This document shows, in pieces, positions 47,786-59,924 of a stretch of 64,000 nt of DNA; position 1 is the stretch's first letter, and every line of letters begins with the position of its first letter. Source of the DNA: Sminthopsis crassicaudata (taxonomy: Eukaryota); NCBI RefSeq assembly GCF_048593235.1, contig NC_133622.1, positions 16,492,001 to 16,556,000 of the forward strand. Direction: 5' to 3'. Position numbers and translations under genes: made by a program. The notes beneath the pieces were generated by a model, which saw only the letters and a program-made list of their open reading frames with translations, did no database searches and was not told where the DNA came from.

Positions 47786-47925
47786 CTCCTACGACTGTGT
47801 TAATGCACATCTTTATGATGATGAAATGATAACAGTCACTCTTAAGGTCTTAGTTCAGTTACCATTATCTTTGGTATACACTAAGGAAGACACTCTCGAG
47901 GAGTTCAGCAGGACAGCTATTAAAG
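47786..47925 (+). pseudogene. ANAPC4: psiANAPC4 exon (YSCLDAQFYDDETVTVVLK...LLVQLPLSLVY)
   Basis: ctag|SYDCVNAHLYDDEMITVTLKVLVQLPLSLVYTKED...|GTACAA; ~10-codon internal deletion (DTVGREGRDR) and a phase shift at the 3' end. Confidence 0.9.
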
Positions 47926-48558
47926 GTACAATGATATGGATAATTACTTCTCTCAGCTAGTAGTTAAATTAAATGTATTTTTAAAAATACATTTAGTTAT
48001 TTAGGGTATAATTGGTAAGAGTAATATATTGGGTAACTGAAAAGCAGGGAATTCCCCTCTGTAATTGTACCTTCTGTTGTTAGAACAAGGTGAGGTATAC
48101 TTGGGTGGGATGAAATGATCTCCTCAAATCCATATCCCAAAAAAGCCCTAGAATAGCATTAATAGAGATTTGTTGGAAATAGAGAATAGTGGAACAAAGA
48201 GAAAATATTTAGCAAGATTATGAAGATCTTGGTGATTTTTTAATCAAAGATGATTTCCCAGACTAGCTTTTGCTTAGGCAGGCCAGAGACCCAAAATTGA
48301 ATCTTATCTTTGATCTCACTAGTTGTGGGATCTTGGGCAAGACCTTAGCCTCTTTGGCTTCAGTAAAATCTGTAAAATCAGAGGATTAGGCTAGCTGAAT
48401 TTTGAAATCTTTTCCATCTCTAAATCTATGAGCTTGTGATCCTAAAACTATAGGCTTTTTTTCTTTTTCAAGAGAAGCATGCTAAATGAACTTGGATAGA
48501 AGTTGAAGGCACAAAAAATGAAGGGAAATTCTACTCATTATGGTTTAACTCTGGGTAG

Positions 48559-48678
48559 GCTTGATGAACAGAGTGATCTTATACCTACATTGTCTTCCTG
48601 GAGAGTCAGTGGAGAATACTGAAGAATATGAAAGTGCAGTATGTTGCTGTGAATGGTTTTCAGAAAGTTTCTTGTGTA
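48559..48678 (+). pseudogene. ANAPC4: psiANAPC4 penultimate exon (RLDEQ...WRLLESMKAQYVAGNGFRKVSCV)
   Basis: gtag|LDEQSDLIPT..(frameshift)..ESQWRILKNMKVQYVAVNGFQKVSCV|GTATTT; 120 nt against 124 expected. Confidence 0.92.
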
Positions 48679-48860
48679 GTATTTATATTTGAATAGGGCT
48701 TTTAAAATTTGTTATGGCATATCACTTGGATACTTTGGATCCTTAGCTGTTCAGTTTTGTGTTCAATTGTTCAGTTTTGTGTTCAGAGAGTATTAAGTTA
48801 AAACCAAACACTCTATATTTTTATAATCCACATATTCCTTTAATATATCAGAAGTCTAAA

Positions 48861-49380
48861 GATTTCAGAAAGGCCTGGAAAGACTTACATGAACTGATGC
48901 TGAGTGAAATGAGCAGGATCAGGAGATCATTATACATGGCAACAACAATACTGTATGAGGATCAATTCTGATGGAGGTGACTCTCTTCAACAATGAAATG
49001 AATCAAATCAGGTCCATTTGTAGAACCAGCTACACCCAGTGAAAGAATTCTGGGAAATGAGTGTGAACCACAACATAGCATTTCCAATCCCTCTGTTTTT
49101 GTCCGCTTGCATTTTTGGTTTCCTTCTCAGGTTAATTTTACATTATTTCCAAGTCCAATTCTTCTTGTGCAGCAAAATAACTGTATAAATATGTATACAT
49201 ATATTGTATTTAACATATACTTTAACATATTTAACATGTATTGGTCTACCTGCCATCTTGGGGAGAGAGTCAGGGGAAGGAGGGGAAAAGTTGGAACAGA
49301 AAGTTTTGCAAGGGTCAATGCTGAAAAATTACCCATGCATATATCTTGTAAATAAAAAGCTATAATAAAAATATATATAC
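48861..49380 (+). mobile_element. 5'-truncated L1 with a 12-bp TSD (1 mismatch) in the last psiANAPC4 intron
   Basis: CAGAAGTCTAAA (48849-48860) and CAGAAGCCTAAA (49381-49392); REAWKDLHELMLSEM-type sequence; AATAAA and an A-rich tail. Confidence 0.9.
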
Positions 49381-49585
49381 CAGAAGCCTAAATCTAGTAA
49401 TTTTAGAATAAATTGAGATAAATGAGTTATTTCCCTTTAAAAAATCTTTTTCCAAGAAAATTTCAGTTTGTGCTTCTATTTTACAATTGCTGAAAAATAT
49501 ATTTATTGGGTTGCTCAAAGGTATTGATTTTTAAAAATTAATATCTTAAATATATTTAAAACTAAGTCTACTTATATTTCTTTAG

Positions 49586-49802
49586 TTACACCCAAATCTC
49601 TATTAGAGTATGTGAAATGGATGTAAACGATGGGGAAGTTGAAGAATAAGATGAGGATGAGGAAGAGGAATTTTCATCCCATCATGTGCTTGGTGAGCAG
49701 GAAGAAGTAATTCAATCTGCAGATAACTAAGAAAATGTTGCCAATGAATCTGCCGATCTGGTGGATGCAGTGGAAGATCAGGAATCTAACTTAGATTCAT
49801 AA
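49586..49802 (+). pseudogene. ANAPC4: psiANAPC4 terminal exon (LSSNLRHVRVFEMD...acidic tail...LDS*)
   Basis: tttag|LHPNL..RVCEMDVNDGEVEE*DEDEEE...N*ENV...ESNLDS TAA; a frameshift and two internal stops. Confidence 0.9.
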
Positions 49803-50184
49803 TCTGAGCTGCAATTATTTTGTATGTTTTCATTATGTTTGTTAATAAGTAGGTGTGGACTAAGATTATTTTCTTTTAAACACCTTAATTCTTTCTTTGT
49901 TCCAAAGAAAGAAATAATTAATTATCTTGTGAACAAGGCATATTTTCTTTAAATCTGCTTCATCTTCCAGAAATGTAACCATTGGAAGGACATTTCCTTT
50001 TGCTGATGTTTCTTTATAAAACTGCCTGAAGAACTGTAGTTTTTAAAGCAAACATTAATTGAATGTGAGGAAGGTAATTCAGTGTTTTCTGCTTCTCAAA
50101 AAGTATCAGGACTTATTCCTCTTAGCACAATGAGTTTACATGAAAGCAGTTGTCATTTATTACTGAAGGAGGCTATTCAGCTTT

Positions 50185-50357
50185 CCTTTTTTTTTTTTTT
50201 TTTTATTTATTTTTTAGCTAAGGCAATTGGGGTTAAGTGACTTGCCCATGGTCACACAGCTGGGACATGTAGTATTAAGTGTCTGAGATCAAATTTGAAC
50301 TCAGGTCCCCCTGACTTCAGGGCTGGTGCTCTATCCACTGCACCACCTAGCTGCCCC
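50185..50357 (-). mobile_element. Full-length CORE-SINE (WSINE1-like) with a 12-bp TSD
   Basis: CTATTCAGCTTT at 50173-50184 and 50358-50369. Confidence 0.95.
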
Positions 50358-51296
50358 CTATTCAGCTTTTTTAGCATTAAAATTTTTTTAATCAACGAGA
50401 TGTATTATTTTTATAGCATTTCTTCTTTGTAAAATCCCTGAATGCTTTGTATTTGTTACTTGTATATTTCCTTTATCAGTTAAAAATGTGAATGCCTGCA
50501 GTGCTAAGTTTTTAAAATGTTAAAAGATTGATGTCCTTATCAATTAAATATCCCTAATACTTTTTGTCCCTAAGTGGATAACTTTCCACATTCTGTTATT
50601 GTACTTGATTGAGTTTTTGATTCTTTGAATCAACAATATTCACAGATACAACTACTGGATATTAAGGACATATAGGGGACATCTGCCCAATTTTACTTCT
50701 TGGGAACATTAGGAGTAATAGATTCAAGTAAATATAATTTAATATTAGCGTTAATGAACTCCTATGCACTGTTAATTTTTTAATATCTCTCCCAAATTAA
50801 TGGGTATTGTTTCTGTGCAACTGTCAATATTCCCACCTCTTACCTCAGTCCTTGTTGCAGTGTTTAGATCCATCCATAAATCAATTTATAAAGGCTCAGG
50901 ATTTCTTTAGACTGGAAAGTGCAATCGAATGAATAGTTATGTGTAAGACTATTCTGTGCTTTGGCTGCTGTTTCATATATTGTTTCTTTCCTTACACACT
51001 GCTAATAGATTGGTCAGAATGCATCTGTTGGTTTGTCCTTTAGAAGAGTGAGTGAAACTGAAGAGAATTCGTTGTTTTAGTCGTGCTCAGGAAACTGTAG
51101 AATTGCCTTCTTTTGTACTGTGACAGATTCTGTAGCATAACATAGCATCCTTCCCCCAAAAAGTATTCACATATGTATTGATTAATTCTTAATTAATGAG
51201 TATTTAGGTCGTGGTGCAACACTTAGTTAGTTAAGAGAGAGGATAAGATGTTTGGAAGAAGTGTGGGTTACATACAAGAAGCCATAGAGCTAGCTC

Positions 51297-51515
51297 AGTC
51301 TAGTTTGTGAGAGCCAATTGTTCTGATTTCAGTGGGAGCATTTACACACTGGAAATCAGACAATACTGCAATCAGGGATTGGTCTATTGTTCTGTCATAA
51401 TCTAGATTTAAGAAAATAACGAAGAAAATGTTAATAGGGAAGATTGAACACAAGTTGATTTGGATACATGTTTTACTTGTTTTTGGAGAGCAGATTATTA
51501 AACATGCGCCTGAGC
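51297..51515. mobile_element. Probable non-autonomous hAT-type DNA transposon remnant
   Basis: gagagccaattgtt...gagcatttacac...aatcaggg...gagagcagattattaaacat resembles a common marsupial MITE, recalled from memory. Confidence 0.4.
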
Positions 51516-51924
51516 ATCCCTGGTTTTATATGTAGAATATTTCTTGATGGTCAAGCTAGATCGGGGCACAAAGTTAGAAAAAAAGTGACATATCCAATTT
51601 TGGGGGCAAATTATTGATGCTTATCCTTACAATGAATTTTGATATCTCAAGGAATTATTGAATTCTAAAATATCTCTTCTCATTTAATAACTGCACTACT
51701 GGGTACAGTAGTGTTTTGATTCATTTGGAAATGTTCTGAGCTGGGGAAAAGTTGAAATGAAGACATCTAAATTCCTTGCCTTAAAGTGAACCTATAAACA
51801 GAATGAAATAAGGTGACTGTAATTACTTAAATATTGAAGATGGGACAAATGAATGGGGTTAAAATATGGCTGTGATCATTTTGAAATTGGAGATTTGTTC
51901 TTTCCCCTTAATTTCTTATATTCC

Positions 51925-52080
51925 CAAACTCCAACTGCTAGGCATCCACTCAGTTTCCAGTTCCTTGCCAGTATAAAAAGGGCAGCCACAAACATTTTTG
52001 AACAAATGGGTCGTTTCCCTTCTTTTGCTATCTCTTTGGATCTAGTCAAGACACTGCTGGATCAAAGGGCATATGCAGGG
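51925..52080 (-). mobile_element. Short L1 fragment
   Basis: ggcatccactcagtttccagttcc...agggcagccacaaacattttt...ctgctggatcaaaggg. Confidence 0.75.
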
Positions 52081-52553
52081 TGACAAAGCACTTTGTGAAT
52101 TTTAGGATTAGTGTCAGGGTTTTTTGTACCTTACTATACCATTCAATAGTCACTGTGGCCACATTTATGCAGTCTGTTATCTGATGACTGACCTTTTGGG
52201 ATAGAAATCTGATTTTAGCTAGATAGGCAATCTGGCACCACTTATTAATGCCACATTTACATTTATAAGGAAGGTAGGAGCTTTGGCTCCACTGGCATAA
52301 TCTTTGGATACTCTATGTCTTAAAGGAAAACAGAGTTTAAAATTGTAGAGGTGGATATTTTGTTTTCTTTAAAAGTGCTTCTTTTATAGTCTCCAAAAAA
52401 CCTTAGTCTCTTTCTTCAGAACATTTAGCATTTACAATGGTGAAGAAAATTACTGATTGAAAAAAGAGTTACAAAAGAACACTGAGTACATGAGGCTATA
52501 AAATAGGAAAGTTTATATACCTGTATCTCCTACTTAGGGATTATTTCACATTT

Positions 52554-53086
52554 TTAAAAATAGCTTTTTATTTTTCAAAATGCATGCATAGATGCTTTTC
52601 AACATTCATCCTTGCAAAACTTTATGTTCTACATTTTTCTCCCTCCTTTTCCCCCCTCCCTCCTCCCCTGGACAGCAAGTAATCCAACATAGATTAAACA
52701 TGTACAATTCTCCTAAACACATTTCCACACTGATCATGCTGCACAAGAAAAATCAGATCAAAAAAGGGAAAGAATGAGAGAGAGAAAACAACAGGCAAAC
52801 AAACAATAGCAACAAAAACAAGGGTAAAAATTTAATGTTGTGAGCCATACTCAGTGCCCATAATCCCCATGGCTGCAGATGACTGTCCATCACAAGTCTC
52901 TTGGATCCTGCCTGAATCATCTCATTGTTGAAAGGAACCATGTCTATCAGAGCTGATCATCACACACTCTTGTTACTGTGTACAATGGTCTCTTGGTTCT
53001 GCTCTGTTCACTCAACATCAGTTCATGTAAATTTCTCCAGGCCTTTCTGAAATCATCCTGCTGATCGTTTCTTATAGAACAATAAG
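52554..53086 (-). mobile_element. 5'-truncated L1 3' end with an approximate TSD
   Basis: tattt(t)cacatt near 52542 and 53087; L1 3' UTR motifs in between. Confidence 0.85.
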
Positions 53087-54422
53087 TATTTTCACATTGT
53101 TAATAGAAGTGCAGCCAACAGACAGGTGCTGAAGATTTATTTGTATTGGAATCTTGTATCTAGAGCTATGGGTTACATGATTCTGGCAGGAGGAAGCCAG
53201 ATTTCTTTTGGTCTGTGCTGTCTTTATGACAACTATCTATAGACTGTGTCTTGAGCTTATCAGTTTTAGTTCATACTGGACTGATCACAGGGAGATAATA
53301 CTCGCTATCACATTAACTCAAGGACATTACATCTTATAATAAAAGAGCACATTATGTGTTAGTAATGTGAATAGTAGTTTAATTCTTAAGAGCAATGTAT
53401 AATTCAAAAATTCTGATATACTTTTGTCTTTAAGAGTTAGATTTCGCAAGAATATGAATTTTAATATAAGGAAATTAATGTTTTATTCACTGAATCAGTA
53501 TGAACAACCTTTCACTTATTATCCTTCTGGTTTCTGAGCAAAAGCTATGACTGGAAATTAAATAAAGCAAAAAGTGTTGATCAGTATTCAAGTGTAAGTA
53601 CAGAAACTATACCCTAGATTTACTGAAAATTGATTTTTTTTCATGCACATGGCTTGAGTGGTGTGCTTAATTACACATGCATCTCAGTTCTATAAATCTG
53701 TTTACACAATGGTGTTCTTAATTGTACCCTGGCTCCCTTTATGAACTCTGGCATTTGGAAATTGATCCCTCAAGGCCATGTTTCAGCCCAGTGACAATTA
53801 TGTTCTGGCTGAGTTGTAGATGAATGAAACAGTTGGGTGTATATGGGCAAGGCTGATAAGCCATTAAGGCTAGTAAGTGACTCTTTTACTCTGGTGTGTG
53901 CAGTGAGACTGAACTTACAATGCTCTAAGACATGAAGCGTAATATTATGGTTACCGCTGTATGGGTGATAAATCTGTCCCATGCCATGACTACAAATGAA
54001 GCTTTTGTTTACTGTGCCAATGGGAAAAGTGTGGGAAAGTATGCTGTTGGGATGGTAATTTTCTTTCAAAGAGGTCAAAATGCTTTTATGGGGTTCTAAT
54101 ATGTCCTCAAGTATTCATATGGTTTATTAGTTCAAATGGAGAAATGGAGGCATATAGTTTTCTGACACTGTTATCTTAAGAAAGTCTATGTTGATGAATT
54201 GGCCTCTCAGCCATATGCTAGCCTTTTGTCAAATTGACTTTTGTTGACTCAGCAGCTATGTATTTAGTACTCCCTTTTTGTAAGGCACTGTCCTAGGTGA
54301 TATATTCCAATGGGGATCCCAAACAATAGGATCTGTGGGCAGTTTGCTACAAATAAATACATAAAAAACAAGATCATGTTTCAGGCTGGTTCTCAAGGCT
54401 CTTACCAGAAATAGATTTTCTT

Positions 54423-54925
54423 TCTTTCTTTCTTTCTTTCTTTTTTTAATTATAGCTTTTTATTTACCAGATATATGCACGGGTAATTTTACAACATTGA
54501 CAATTGCCAAACATTTTGTTCTAATTTTTCCCCTCCTTCTTCCCCCCACCCCACCAGCCAGATAGCAGGTTGACCAATACATGTTCAACATGTTAAAGTA
54601 TAAGTTAAATACAATATATATATACATGTTCATATAGTTATTTTGCTTTACAAAAAGAATCAAACTTTTAAATAGTGTGAAGGAAATTAGCCTGTGAAGG
54701 AAATCCAAAATGCAGGCGGACAAAATTAGAGGGATTGGGAATTCTATGTAGTGGTTCACACTCATCTCCCAGAGTTCTTTCACTGGGTGTAGCCGGTTCA
54801 GTTCATTGCTGCTCTATTGGAAGTGATTTGGTTCATTTCATTGTTGAAAATTGCTGCATCCATCAGAATCGATCATCATATAGTATTGTGGTTGAAGTAT
54901 ATAATGATCTCCTGGTTTTGCTCAC
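54423..54925 (-). mobile_element. L1 3' end (older subfamily), first of two stacked insertions
   Basis: Flanked by AGAAATAGATTTTCTT at 54407 and 54926; (TTTC)n tail. Confidence 0.92.
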
Positions 54926-54941
54926 AGAAATAGATTTTCTT

Positions 54942-55846
54942 TTTCTTTCTTTTTTTTAATTTATTTAGAATTTTTTTTCACAGTATATATGCATGAGTAA
55001 TTTTTTAAAATAATATTATCCCTTGTATTCATTTTTCCAAATTATCCCCCCCTCCCTCCACTCCTCCCCCCGATGACAGGCAATCCCATACATTTTACAT
55101 GTGTTACAATATAGTCTAGATACAACACATGTGTGCGAATATCATTTTCTTGTTGCACAATAAACATTAGATTCCGAAGGTATCAGTAACCAGGGCAGAC
55201 AGATATTAGTGCTAACAATTTACATTCACTTCCCAGGGTTTCTTCTCTGGGTGTATCTACCTCTGTCCATCATTGATCAACTGGAAGTGAGTTGGATCTT
55301 CTTTATGTTGAAGATTTCCACTTCCATCAGAATACATCTTCATACAACATAGAAGTGTACAGTGATCTTCTGGTTCTGCTCATTTCACTCAGCATCAGTT
55401 GATGTTAGTCTCTCCAAGCCTCTCTGTATTCCTCCTGCTGGTCATTTCTTACAGAGCAATAATATTCCATAACCTTCATATACCATAATTTACCCAAGCA
55501 TTCTCCAATGGATGGACATCCATCATCTTCCAGTTTCTGGCCACTACGAAAAGAGTTGCCACAAACATTTTGGCACATACAGGTCCCTTTCCCCTCTTTA
55601 GTATTTCTTTGGGATATAAGCCCAGTAGTAGCACTGCTGGGTCAAAGGGTATGCACAGTTTGATAACTTTTTGGGCATAATTCCAAATTGCTCTCCAGAA
55701 TGGCTGGATTCTTTCACAACTCCACCAACAATGTATCAGTGTCCCAGTTTTCCCACATCCCCTCCAACATTCATCATTATTTGTTCCTGTCATCTTAGCC
55801 AATCTGACAGGTGTATAGTGCTATCTCAGAGTTGTCTTAATTTGCA
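54942..55846 (-). mobile_element. L1 3' end (younger subfamily), second stacked insertion
   Basis: Flanked by AGAAATAGATTTTCTT at 54926 and 55847; ORF2 C-terminal piece at 55476-55802. Confidence 0.92.
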
Positions 55847-56559
55847 AGAAATAGATTTTCTTAATCTAAAACATGACACTAAAATTTTTTTTTTGATAAT
55901 GATTTCACAATACTTATTTGGTTTCCTTTGTAATCTTATGTATTTTGACATATGTGTTTATTATTCTGAGGAGCCCATGGCCATTACCAGACTGCCAAAG
56001 GGTTGTATGACACAAAAAAGTTAAGAACTTTATCAGAAGAAAGTGAGCAAAGGCCTTAGGTATTCAAAACCTGGATTACCTGTATAACATATAAGTTCTT
56101 GAACCAATTAAGTTTCTCTGTAACTAAATGGATCATTTATTTCTTCATCTGTAAAGTGAGGGAGATTGGACAATATGGTACCATCAGTTTTTTTCAGCCC
56201 TATAATTCTTATTTTATAAAATGTGAAGAAAATATTACTTTATATTTTAATATATGTTAAGATCAGCTATTATAACCCAGTAGTTAAATTTTAAGATGCT
56301 AATTTTATGAAGGTAGCTAAGAGTATATTGGCTTTTTATTCAATAACTACTCAAATGATCCATCTCTAGGAACAGAAATAGGGCTCTATCTTGTAGCATG
56401 ATTATGATAGTGTCACTGACACTTGTTTGTCAGGTAATTATGTTTCCTTCTATTATTGGTTCAAGAGATTGAGGGCAGCATCCCAGAGTTATTTGAGATT
56501 AAAACATTTCTTGGAACAATTTAGTAGAAGAAATACCACTTTCTTTTCTTTCCCCCCCC

Positions 56560-58030
56560 TTTTTTATTTAACAAGCATTTATTTTCTTTCTTATCATTTT
56601 CTTGAAGAAAAAGAAAAAAACTCAAGTAATTATGAAGTCAGTCAAGACATATTGATATATTTATTATCCATGTCTAAAAATATGGCTTTGCTCATTGGAT
56701 CCATGACTTCTGTCAGGAATTTGATAATATTCTTCATTATTGGTACTCTAGAATCATGGATAGTTTTTGCATTGATCAGATTGATTATAGTCTTGTCTCT
56801 GGGTGTAGATGGCTCTCTTCATCACTGAACAATTTGGAATTGGTTTGAATTATCTTATTGTTGAAGAGAGCCACATTCATCAGAATTAATCATCATGTAA
56901 TCTTGTTGCTGCCGTGTATAATGATTTCCCGTTTCTGCTCATTTTACTCAGCCTCAGTTCTTGTAAGTCTCTCCAGGCCTCTCTAAAATCATCCTGCTGG
57001 TTGTTTCTTACAGAACAATAATATTCCATAACATTCATATACCACAAACTCAGCCATTCTCCAATTGATGGGCAGCCACTCAGTTTCCACTACAAAAAGG
57101 GCTGCCACAAACATTTTTGCATATACACATCCCTTTCCCTCCTTTAGTATATAAGCCCAGTAGAAACACTGCTGGATCAAAGGGTGTGCACAGTTTGATA
57201 ACATTTTGAGCATAGTTCCAAGTCGCTCTTTAGAATGGTTGGATTTGTTCACAGTTCTACCAACAATGTATTAGTGTCCCAGCTTTCCCACATCCCCTCT
57301 AATGTTCATCATTATATAAATTTGAGTTGATTCTCTATCTTAAAAATGAGACCTTTATTAGAACCTTTGAATATAAAAAATGTTTTCCCAATTTATTGCT
57401 TCCCTTCTAATCTTGTCTGCATTAATTTTGTTTGTACAAAAACTTTTTAACTTAATGTAATCAAAATTATCTATTTTTTTTTTGTGATCAGTAATCTCTA
57501 GTTCTTTGGTCACAAATTCCTTCTCCACAGATCTGAGAGATAAACTATCCTATGTTCTAATTTGTTTATAATATCATTCTTTATGTCTAGATCATGAACT
57601 TATTTCGCCCTTATCTTGGTATGCAGTGTTAGGTGTGGATCAATGTCTAGTTTCTGCCATACTAGTTTCCAATTTTCCCATCAGTTTTTGTTGAATAGTG
57701 AATTTTTATCCCAAATGCTGGGATTACTAGATTACTATAGCCATTGACTATTTTGTCCTGTGAACCTAACTTATTTCACTGATCAACTAATCTATTTCTT
57801 AGCCATTTCCAAATGGTTTTGATGACTGCTGCTTTATAATATAGTTTATTGTATTATATATAATATTAAAAGCTTCATTTGCTTTTTTTCTTCTTCATTA
57901 ATTCCCTTGAAATTCTTGAGCTTTTGTTCTTCCAGATGAATTTTGTTATTTTTTTTCTAGGTCAGCAAAATAGTTTCTTAGGATTTTGATTGGTGTAGCA
58001 TTGAATAAGTAGATTAGATTTGGTAATATT
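56560..58030 (-). mobile_element. Older L1 3' portion with internal deletions
   Basis: Degenerate 3' UTR and ORF2 sequence (cagccattctccaattgatggg, ttcccttctaatcttg, gtgaacctaac). Confidence 0.85.
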
Positions 58031-59429
58031 GTCTTGATTACATCTTTCAAAGGTGAGAGTGCTATCCTTAGTGATCAATGAAACTTAAAGCAAGAAGGTG
58101 TTTCTATATGTTCATACAAAAAATATATTAAACTTTTAAATATACATGGTACCACATTGAGCATTATTCAAAGCAAGTTCTGTTTTTGGTTCTAAAATAC
58201 TGATTTTTCCCCCCACATACATATGCATATACTTTCACAGTAATACCATTACAGCAAAATAGAAACAGTAATATAATATGTAAGTATGGGCAGAGAGTCA
58301 TGTTTGTATATAGGTCAAATTCGAGTAGAAATCAAATTTAGTTTAGTTTCAGCTTTTTATTCTACATTTGTCCCTTTTCCTTATGTGAAATATGTATTTA
58401 TTATTGAAACTGAGAAAACTGCTATTATTTTTAACTCCATTTCCACAGGTAACCTAACTTTATATAAGGCATTTTGATGATGATCAAGAATAGATAAAGT
58501 GATTGTTTTTTCATAATGAAATGACTAAGGGGAAACAAGACAAATATCTTTGCAGTTATGGATATGGAGTGATATTATATTTGTATCTACTGCCTTTGCC
58601 AATTTATCAAGGTCATTTTACATTTAATGAGCTTGCTACAGCAGCACTTTCAGGAAAGACAGAAAGCATACATTTATGATTCAAAATGAATTTGATAGTT
58701 ACCAAGTTCTGGATATGGTTGTGCGATGTGAATTTGAACAAAAACATACAGGATTAGCCAATTAATTTGATGATAGAGGATATAACCCTGGGTACTAAGA
58801 AATTAAGCCTCATCAAAGTAGCTCAAAACACTGAGCTATGAGATAATGATTATCCCATTTATTGTTACAGCATGCTGAGAAAGTCTGGGGTCATAGAGAT
58901 GAAGTATTATAACTCAGTTTTATAGAAAGTGAAATCTGAAAAGGTAAATATTAAACCCAGAATCCAGCTTTATAAATTTCATTTCAGCACTTTCCCCATT
59001 CGGCTTTATTCTTTCTAGGTCATTGCATTCTGTTGCATTATCAATTTCTGAAGCTCCACATTTGATGTCATAACCCATTATGACACAATTAGTATTTATT
59101 TTAACGTAATCTTGTTGATAGGCAATAGACAGTGACACAAAGAATCAGAGATCATAGATTCTGGTCTAAAATAAAACTTTAAGGTCCAAAATCTTCACAT
59201 TACAGATGAAGAAACTGAGGCACAAAGAGAATGAAAGAATTACCCATTGCCTCCCAGATAATAACTTGCCAGACCCTCCCATTAAATCTGGAGCTCAAAG
59301 TCTGCTTCCAAACACCCACTGATTCTGCCTCCTCTCTACTCACACAGCCATGTAGAATGTAAGCCAAAATCTTTTCTTTTTTTGTCTTTCTGATGTATCT
59401 GGTGTGGGACCCAACACGTGCTTGTGATT

Positions 59430-59910
59430 GGCCCTCATTATCTTTCATTTGGACTGCTGCAACAGTCTCATCAGGCTTGCTGCTTCCTTTGCACTGCTTT
59501 CATTCTCCACACAGCTGCCAAAATGACTTCCTAAATCACGGATCTGACCAGACTCTCACCCCATAATCTTCATTAGTTCCTTACTAGCTCCAAGACAAAA
59601 TGCAAACTCCTTAGTCTGGCTCTGTGTAGCCTCCACAATATGGCTATAGCCAACTTTGCCATCCTTGCTGCACGTTCCCATCTCTTTGAATGATAGACAT
59701 CTCATTGAGGCTGGTCTCCTTGCTCTCCCCCATACCTGACATTACCTCTCTGTGACTTTACACAGGCATTCCTCTATACCTTGAATGCAACCCCTCTCCA
59801 CGCTACCTCTTGTGATCACTGGAGGCCTCCCTCAGATCTCTCTTTGGGACCACCTTTGGAAGAGCCAAGAGGTCTCACTCTGCCCGCCTTCCTATTTGTT
59901 TCTCAGGACT
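59430..59910 (+). mobile_element. L2 remnant
   Basis: ggactgctgcaacagtctc...ctccacacagctgccaaaatgacttcctaaa...caggcattcctctatacctt. Confidence 0.6.
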
Positions 59911-59924
59911 AGTCACTAATATAT

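Larger units (their letters stand above)
39821..49802 (+). pseudogene. ANAPC4: Unprocessed (intron-containing) partial ANAPC4 pseudogene, nine exon remnants
   Basis: Collinear exon remnants matching human APC4 peptides from EENSDEIIKLLGDVR to the C-terminal LDS-stop, with AG/GT boundaries at the expected phases. Frameshifts, in-frame stops and two GT>AT donor losses. Confidence 0.92.

Noticed and set aside
53770-54078. 102-aa minus-strand ORF in unique sequence
   Set aside because: No recognisable homology or exon signals.
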